Source: Felis catus (Eukaryota). From it: DNA of 64,000 nucleotides. Positions 52,234-61,200 of this stretch are shown piece by piece. The DNA lies in NCBI RefSeq assembly GCF_018350175.1, contig NC_058369.1:12650001-12714000 (forward strand), given 5' to 3'. Position 1 is the first letter of the stretch; every line of letters starts with the position of its first letter. The translations under genes were made by a program, and so were the position numbers. The notes beneath the pieces were generated by a model. It worked only from the letters and a program-made list of their open reading frames with translations, was not told the origin of the DNA and searched no databases.

Positions 52234-55200
52234 CTGGAGGAGAGGAGGGCAGGAGAACTGCCTCAGCCACAACCTCTGGCAGGTGGCAGAGCTCAGCGGG
52301 AACGCAAGGCTGGGTGGGCTCTCCCTCAGAGCCCCCAAAAGGGACAGTGTCTCTGGACCCCCTCTGGTCGACGCCCACTTTGGACCTGGTCATCAACCTG
52401 GTCATTAGACAGGCAACCCCTTCAAGAAATCCCGTGTGGGTCAGCCCACTCGCTGTGGGTGCTGTCTGCAAGGAAGAGGGAGTCCCTGGAAGGGGTCCCT
52501 GGGGGTCTCCCCCCAGGAGGAGGAGGAGGATACCTGAGGGAGGAGGGGCATGCCTGTAGGGGATGTCCCGGGGAGGGGCATGTCATGGGGGCGTGTCCCA
52601 GGGAGGGGCCTGCGGTGGGGGCGTGTCCTGGGCGTGTTTCCCCGCCCCCCAGGGGGAGGGGCTTACCCATGCTGGCCACCTCTTCCTCACCTGGCCCTCA
52701 CGGTGCCCTTCTCGCATGTGTCCAGGTCCCGGATATACTGGGGCGGGTCAATAAGGAGCTCAAATTTCGGCAACACTGGAAGGAGAGAGCGGAGAGGAGG
52801 GAAGGGCGGCTTCCACTGCTGGGGTGGCCTCAGAAAGTACTGGAGGTGTTGGAGGCGTAACAGCGGAGCCGCAGCCCCAGCCACGGAGCAGCCAACCCCA
52901 CAGAAATCCACACCACCCTTCGCTGAATAAGGGCAGCATTCTGGGGATTTTGCTGACCCACCTCTATTTCCTATTTTCGGAGAGACCCACACCCCTTTTT
53001 TCTCAGGAGGTCCACATCTCATCACTTTTAGGCCACATGCCCTGAATGCAGCCCAGCCCAGAAGCGCCCAAGTGGCCAGGTCCTAGACCAACTAGGGGTG
53101 GCTGGAGAGTGCTTGCAGCTGGAGGGGTTCTCTGCTTCACGACTCAGCCTTGGGAGCATCCAGCCATCTGGTCGCCCTGTGCAGCTTGGGGAGCAAGGGA
53201 GCAGCACGGAGGAAACATAAAGACCCTGGTCCTTCGAGCTTGTTACACAAGGCGAGGAAATGCCTTTCCTCGGGAAAACAATGAAAGAACCAAAAGAAGT
53301 GGACTTAAAAGGGAAGGAAATTTGGGGCGCCTGGGTGGTTCAGTTGGTTGAGCATCCATCCGACTCTTGACTTCGGCTCAGGTCATGATCCCAGGGTTGT
53401 GGGATCGAGCCTTGTGTCAGGGGCTGCACCGAGGTGGAGCCTGCATAACATTCTCTCTCTGCCTCTGCCCTTCTCCCCCACTTGCATACGTGTTCTCTCT
53501 CTCTCTCTCTGTCTCTCAAAATGAAAATTTTAAATTTAAATTTAAAAAAAGGAAGGAAATTCTGCTACAGCATGGATGAATCTGGAGGCCATTATGCTGA
53601 GTGAAATAAGCCAGACACAAAAGGATGACACCGTATGATCCCGCTCACATGAAGCACCTAGACGAGTCAGACCCAGAGAAACAATGAGTAGGATGGAGGG
53701 TGCCAGGGGCTGGGGGAGGGGACAAGGGGTCAGCGTTTAATGGGGACCAAGTTTCAGTCTGGAAGGATGAGAAAGATCTGGAAATGGATGCTGGTGATGG
53801 CTGTCCAACAACATGAATATCCTTAACACAACAGAAGTATACACTTACGAGTAGTTAAGACGGCCAATTTTGTCACGTATGGTTCATGACAATCCTTTGA
53901 AGAAGGAAATGACAAAGTGCCCAGCTCTCTGCACTGATCCCCCAGTGAACGGGGCTCCTGCCACTCACCCCCATCACCGATGTCACCACTGCGTCTGTGG
54001 TTTCTCCCAGATGTGAAATCCCAAGATCCCAACATTCTCTGGCTTACCATACTTCTGAACTTCGAAGGACTTGTTGTACACGTGGCCTTGCATTTCGACA
54101 AAAATGAACCATTCTCCCAGCACCGGCTGGTCGGACAGGGGGAAGGTCATGTTGGCGACGCCTGTGTGAAGAGACACCACCCGTCATCCTGGGGCGAGTG
54201 CACGTGCAGGGTGCCAGCTGGGTGCAGCGAGGACGGAACAGAGGCACCCTGGGGGACCCGCACCCCCACCCTGCCCAGAGCCAAACCTCGGGGAAACCAG
54301 AGACGAGGCCAAGGCCCGGGCTGGCGGGGGTCTGTGCCCAACAAGCTCCCCCGCAGGTTGAAGGTGAGAGATGCGGAGAGAGGCCACCCTTCAGCTTCCT
54401 GGGGGAGCCCCGTGGCCAAGACGCCACGCGGACAGGGAGGTGACAGGCCATGGAGACAGGCCACCATGCTCAGCCACTCTGTTTCCCGCCTGAACCAACT
54501 CCCAGCCTCGGCACTGCTGACATTTGGGGCTGGGTCGCAGTCCACGGTTGGGGACATCGTAGGACACTGAGTGGCGTCTCTGGCCTCCACCCACGCGATG
54601 CCAGTAGCTCCTCCCCCCACGTCACGGCGACCCCCAAGTAGCCCCCACGGAATGCTACCTCCCCTGGGGGCAGAACCCACCCCCTGCCCACCAGGTGGTA
54701 ACTGCTCCCCAAACCGAACATGGATTCTCAACAGGCTTCAAGACCGGGCACTGCTCTCCCTGCAAATGGGCAGCCGGAAATGCCAGCGGCCTCCGGGACA
54801 GGGGGCAGCCTTTGCCCTGGGTCTGCTCCTTGGAACCCCGGCTGGAGCGGATACTGGGAGGAGAGTCAGGGCGGCATTTTGCACGTGCCCCGCCGTGGGG
54901 GAGTCTGAAGGGGTGCGTAGACTCCAAACCGCTGGGGGATCTTTCCCTCCTGAGTGTGACGCGCTCTGCCTGTCCCCAACAGTGACACCGTGCCGGCAGT
55001 TCTCACTGGGACTCCTGCGAAAACCCAGATTCCAACAGCACCCTCTGCTTCTCTCCGCCACTCTGGAATTGGAAAATGCGACGGCAAAAGGTCCCTTTCC
55101 TCACGTATTCTGAGCCTTTGATGGTCAGAGGACACTTAGGGTACATGTCACCAGCGTGCATTTTTTCTATGGGGCCTCAGCCAGGAGCAAAATCACACCA

Positions 55201-58200
55201 GTTGAGCACCTCTGGTCTACATATATCACAAGGGGGTTAAAAAATTCTTTTTAATGTTTATTTATTCTTGAGAGAGAGAGAGACAGGGAGCCTAGGTGGG
55301 GGAGGGACACAGAGAGAGAGGGAGACACAGAATCCGAAGCAGGCTCCAGGATCTGAGCCGTCAGCACAGAGCCCGACACAGGGCTTGAACTCACAAGCCG
55401 TGAGATCACGAGCTGAGCTGAAGTCTGATGCTTATCCGACTGAGCCACCCAGGCGCCCTGCAAGGGGTGTTTTAAATGGGAGGCTAGCCGTTCCCTTCCT
55501 CTGTGTTCTTCAGATCAACTCCACACACCTCCCCGCAATCCAAGACGCCCCCGATCTCACTGTTGCTTCTGCTGTCAGCACTCCTGACTCCCGGGGCCTC
55601 CCTCCTGTTCCCAGCCTCACTCTCCCTGACATCCACTGGCCTCTGTCTGGAACTCATTCCCTGTCCCCCCACTTTTCCTGGCTAACTTCTGCTCCTTCTT
55701 CACTTCGTTGCTGGAAAGGCTCTTCCTCCCGGCAGCCTTCCAGGATTGTCTCTGCTGCCCCAGGCTGGGCGACAACCCCATTCTGCTCTCTCTCGGTTTG
55801 TATTTCTCCTTCCTAGCACTCATCATGGCGGATGTCATCGCCTGTTATCGCTTAGTCGATGTCTGCTTCCCCCGCTGGCCTGGAAGTTCACCCTTTGTCA
55901 GCGGCAACGTCAGTGCCCCACTGACAGGAAAAGAGAGAGAGTTGTCCTGCCCTTGGCTCCGCCGCAGCCCGTGCAGCCCCAGGCTCCGAACTCAAGGAAG
56001 CCCTGTCCCTGCTCGTCAGCCCTCCCCAAGCCTTCTAGAGACGCTGCACTCTTACATCCGGCTCGCAGAGGCAGTCGGGGGTCCAGGAGCCCCCGAGGGG
56101 ATGATGACACGAAACACCTGCGCTGGGAGGAAGATGTGGAGGGGGGGTTGGCGCCCACAAACAAGACCATGATGGTCCCGAAAGGCCTCAAGTTATGTGC
56201 AGGAGCCCCAGCCGGATGCCGGGACCAGAGAAGCATGGGTGGGGGTGCCACGCTGCAGGGAAGGGCTGGTGGGGTCCCAGGCAGAGCACATTCTATCTTC
56301 CTGGAAGATCTGTTGCACCTGCCGCCCAAAGGTGCAGCCCCCCAAGCCGCAGAAGGAAGAAGGGGAGGGGACGGGAAGAGGTTTACCGCAGCAGAGTGGC
56401 TCCAAGTGTCTCCACTCCATCATCCTCGAGCCCCTGGGGTCCTGCGGGGGACAAGCGCGCACAGTGAACTCAGGGCGCCCGGCTTGTGTCCGACGCACGT
56501 GAGCACCCCCGAGCCCTCTCTCTCTCTCGGGTGGGACAAGCACGGAGGACAGGCCCCCAGATTAGCCATTTACACGGGAGCAAATGAACCCTCAAGGCAC
56601 TGAAGGGACTTGTGTGCGAACACGGGGACAAAGGGGCCAGATCTGCTCCTCGTTTAGGGAGCTGTGTGCAAATCTACAGACAGACACACACTTGGCTTGT
56701 CCCAGGGCAGATCCGGGGCCCGGGATGGACCCGGCCCCCGGCTTGGGAGGTGCTGGGACAGGCAGGATCTACCTCGACAGCAGACAGTCGGGGAAGACAG
56801 ACCAGGTCTGCAGAGAGCAGGTTAATCGGCCCCAAGTCAGAGCTACACTCACCAGAATGTAGGCTTCCAGCTGCAACACAGACAGACAGACAGGCAGTGA
56901 GCAAACCCCCCTATAAAGCCCCCACCCTCTGAGCACGCTGCCACATGCCCACCGATGCTCTGGCCTCCCCGTGTCCCACGGACTTCCCCCTGGCTCCCCA
57001 GGGGACTCGGAGCCACAGGGAAAAATGAGAACGGAGGTAGAAACCAGAAGGAATTGGGAAGAAAGACCCGTTGCTGGTGGTGCCCCTGGCCAGTGGTCCC
57101 GGTTGGAGGGGGGGCGGGGGGGGGGGGTGTTCCAGGCACATGGTTTTATTGGTGCTTTTTGGTTTTGGGGGGTTTTTTGTTAAGTTTATCCAGGCACATG
57201 GTTTTAGATGCTGCTCTCACCTTCCTGCTGACAGGCCTCAGGTTTGGGGTGACAGTGAAGATGCTTATAAGCACTGGAAGAAAAGGAGACAGTCATGCGG
57301 CAGCTCAGGCCATGGCCGGCCCTCCCCCCAAGCCTGCACGAGCCGCCCACCTCGGTGCTGGGGCTTGTACACTGGCTTGTCCGTCTGGATGAACACGGAG
57401 ACGCCCCGGCCGTCCACAGTCACGGAGGTCTGGTTGTGGAAGAGGGGGCCCTCCTCTGCCCGCCGGCCGCGGCCCCACACCTGCAGGAGGGCCTGGCCCT
57501 GGAGGCCCGTGGGCACCTGCAGGCAGAGCACAGAACTTGGCGAACGACACGGCATTTCTCAACCTCGGCGCTGCTGACCCTGAAGGACTGGATCATTCGT
57601 TGCAGCGGGGGCCATCCTGTCACTGCAGGGTGTTGAGGAGCATCCCTGGCCTCCGCCCACTGAATGCCAGCAGGACCCTCACCCCCCGAGTCATGACAGC
57701 CAGAAATGTCTCCGGCCACTGCCAGTGGAGCCAGAGTCTCCCCCCACACAAGTTGAGAATCACTCAGCAGGAGCCAGTCTAAGAGTTGAGGAGCCCAAGA
57801 CCTTTTCTGGGCGTCTCTAGTCTGCAGATCCCCCGGGCCCCTGTCCTAGAATGCTACAGCCCTTCGGGGTCTCTTCTACAAATCCACAGCACCAATCCTG
57901 TGAAGAGTGCCTTCTGATGTGCAGTGGCCAGGGACAGTGTGTAATCTTAACCCCTGTCCAGGGCAGCCCTGCTTTCTGATTCACAAGAAAGCCGACCTGT
58001 AGTTCAAGAGGACTTATCGAGGGTTTCCCAACTATCGACATCTGGGGCTGACTCTTTCTTGGTCGTGAAGGCGGTCCTGGGCACTTGGGGGGTTCGGAGC
58101 TCCCACTAGGTGCCCTCCCCAATTGTGACAAGCAAAAAGGTCTCCATTCTCTGTCTCAAATATAAACATTAAAAACAAAATTAAGGGGCGCCTGGGTGGC

Positions 58201-61200
58201 GCAGTCGGTTAAGCGTCCGACTTCAGCCAGGTCACGATCTCGCGGTCTGTGAGTTCGAGCCCCGCGTCGGGCTCTGTGCTGGCAGCTCGGAGCCTGAAGC
58301 CTGCTTTGGATTCTGTGTCTCCCTCTCTCTCTGCCCCTCCCCCGTTCATGCTCTGTCTCTCTCTGTCCCAAAAAATAAATAAACGTTGAAAAAAAAATTA
58401 AAAACAAAATTTAAAAAAAAGGGGGGGGGCGCCTGGGTGGCTCAGTCAGTTAAGCATCTGACTTCGGCTCAGGTCGTGATCTCATGGTTCGTGGGTTCGA
58501 GCCTTGCGTCGGGCTCTGTGCTGGCAGCTCGGAGCCTGAAGCCTGCTTCGGATTCTGTCTCTCCCTCTTTCTCTGCCCCTACCCGCTTGTGCTCTGTCCC
58601 TCTCTCTCTGTCTCTCAAAAATAAATAAACATTAAAAAAAAATTTTGAATGCTAATAGATCTTTGTGCACAAAGACGCTCGCAACTTTCAGATTACATTA
58701 CCAAAACCCTGAAAACAACCTTTTAAAAAAATCTAACCATGTACAAGGTGAAGAGGGCTAGTAAATTAGTACATAAAAAAAGATCCAGTAGGATGCTGTT
58801 TACAATAAAGGGCAAATTACAATTAGAGAGACTTGAACACACGGACGTATGTTTATGCAGTGCGTTAAGAGAAAAGAGCAGGAAACGACAGGCTGTCTAC
58901 CCTTTAATTGCAACGATGAAAGAAATACCTTTTTGTTTTAAGTTTATTTATTTGCTTTGAGAAAGAGAGCGAGCGTGAGCAGGGGAGGGGCAGAGAGAGA
59001 GAGAGGGAGACAGAGAAAATGAAGAGTCCGACGCTTGGCGCGCCTGGTGGCTCAGTTGGTTGAGCATCCGACTTCAGCTCAGGTCATGATCTCTCTGTTC
59101 ATGAGTTTGAGCCCCACATCGAGCTGGCTGCTGTCAGTGCAGAGCCCGCTTCAGATCCTCTGTCCCCCTCTCTCTGCCCCTCCCCACCTAGCATGCACGC
59201 ATTCACGTGTACTCTCTCTCTCAAGAATAAACATTAAAAAAAAAAAAAAAAAAAAGAGTCAGACTCAACCAACTGAGCCACCCAGGCATCCCTAGAAATG
59301 TCTTTATGTGGATGAGGATTTATGGGAAACACAAAAGGGAAAAGTATAGGGGATGGGATTACAGGTGAGTTTTCTCCTTTTCTCAATTTTTTCTTCATTT
59401 TTCTCACCACACATGCAACTTCTCTCGCTCCATTTCAAATCAATTATTTCCAAGGTAGGATTTATGATTTTAAAAATTCATAGCTTACCTTGAGTTTGAT
59501 TGTTCCTTTATCTACAAAAATAAAAATTAAATGACAACAGTTAAATTGGGAGCCGTGTTTTCCTGCCTCCCTGAGCTGCAGCCTTACAACTAGGAGCCTT
59601 TTCTACTCAGAGGGATTTTCTGTAGACAAACACACACACTGGGTCATGCTGGTCTGGCCTGGGATTGGGAAAAATGAGATGTTTCCTCCTAGGTGGTGAA
59701 AGCTGAAGGCCAGAGGGGATGGACAAGGCTGAGTTATTCAGGGGAAAGTTGGCCAGCCTGTATTCAATTCACTTCACCCTTGGCCCCTACCCAAGGTAAG
59801 CTTGAAGAGAGCAAAGGGAAAACTCCAGGGGAGTGGAACAAGGAGAAGGGTGGAGAGAAAGAAGAGGAGACTGAGGTCCCCAGTGGACCTCACTCCAGTA
59901 GATCTATTTTCCCATCACCTCTCTCTTTACCCAAACAGAATCATTTACCATTCTGACACTCTCTGGGCTTTCTAGCCTCTAAGACTTGATTTAGCATCTA
60001 CTGTTTTTGCCTCCCAAAACTCATTCCCCATTTTCCACTAGCAGAACCCTGATTTCCTTGGGGGCGCCACCTCCCCAGCTCCCAATTCATGAGGCTTGGT
60101 GGGGCTCTGCCCATCTCTCTTGGGGCTCTGTGCAAATCTACATAGGTCTTCCCTCAGCCACAGTGATTGGTTCAGAGTTGAACACATGACCCAAAATGGG
60201 CCAATCAGCATTGGCTTCCCCAGTCCGAGGGGTTGGGTCAGGATTGAGCACATGACCCAAGATAGAACAATCAGAGGGAATGATGGGACATTTCTCAGAG
60301 GTCTTGAGAACCGCTTACTCTCTCAGCTTTGGGGAGACACAGGCCCATCCAGAAGTGGGCCTGGGAGACAGCCAGCGATGCCAGTGGCCTTTTCTAGTTG
60401 TGACAGCCCATAAACACTGTTGTTGAAGCCAACCTGATCTGGGTTTGGGGACTGGCCAACAGGACTGCTGTGCTCCCACCTGCCCGAGCCCTCTCCCAGT
60501 TTCCACTCCAGGTCAGCCTCTCCCTCGTCTCCCTGGGGGACAGGTACTGCCTTGCGGGCCTGAGAGCCCGGACATCGCCTCTGTGTCTCCTGTGGCCAAA
60601 TCACACTCTGCGTGAAGAACGAGTTGTCTGTCCTGCTGGACAGGTCCCTGCTCTCACCAGCTCTGTCCAGGAGGCCAGCATTGCTGTTATCTGAGGTTCA
60701 CCAAGGGCGGCAGGGGAGAGGCTGGCTGGGGGCTTGAGCTCAACTCAGTGACAGTCTGGCTGTAAGCCCAGGTCTGGGCCTAACACCACAGGGGTGCTAG
60801 AAGCTCAACAAAAGGTCTGAAATGGTCCTGCGATTCCCCCTGGGTCCAGGCCCCACCTCTAGCCAAAGCTGACACAGAAGGGTTCCCGACTCCATCCGCA
60901 ACGGCACCCACAGAACCTGGGCTGCCGAGGAACAACGGACTCTGATTTCCCAGACAGGGCAGGTGGCTGCCCCTCCCGGGTCTTACTCTTCCCGTCTGGA
61001 AAATGGGGAAAAGGCAACCCGCTCTCCCTCCCCTGCTGGGAGGTGGGGTGGGAGAGAAGCAAAGCAGTGCCCGCACGGCCTGAGCCCTGGCCAGGCAGTA
61101 AAGGCCACTTCGCAAAGAGAGACGAAGGAAGCACCCCAGGGACCTACCCAGGATGGCTCCCTGGCTCCGTGCCACCGCCTCGCCCTGGGCCACCAGCTGA

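Noticed and set aside
55746..56603. Long plus-strand ORFs (285 aa here; 243 aa at 391-1122 and similar)
   Set aside because: No recognisable domains, low-complexity P/G/R/S composition, overlapping repeats or antisense exons; expected by chance in GC-rich DNA
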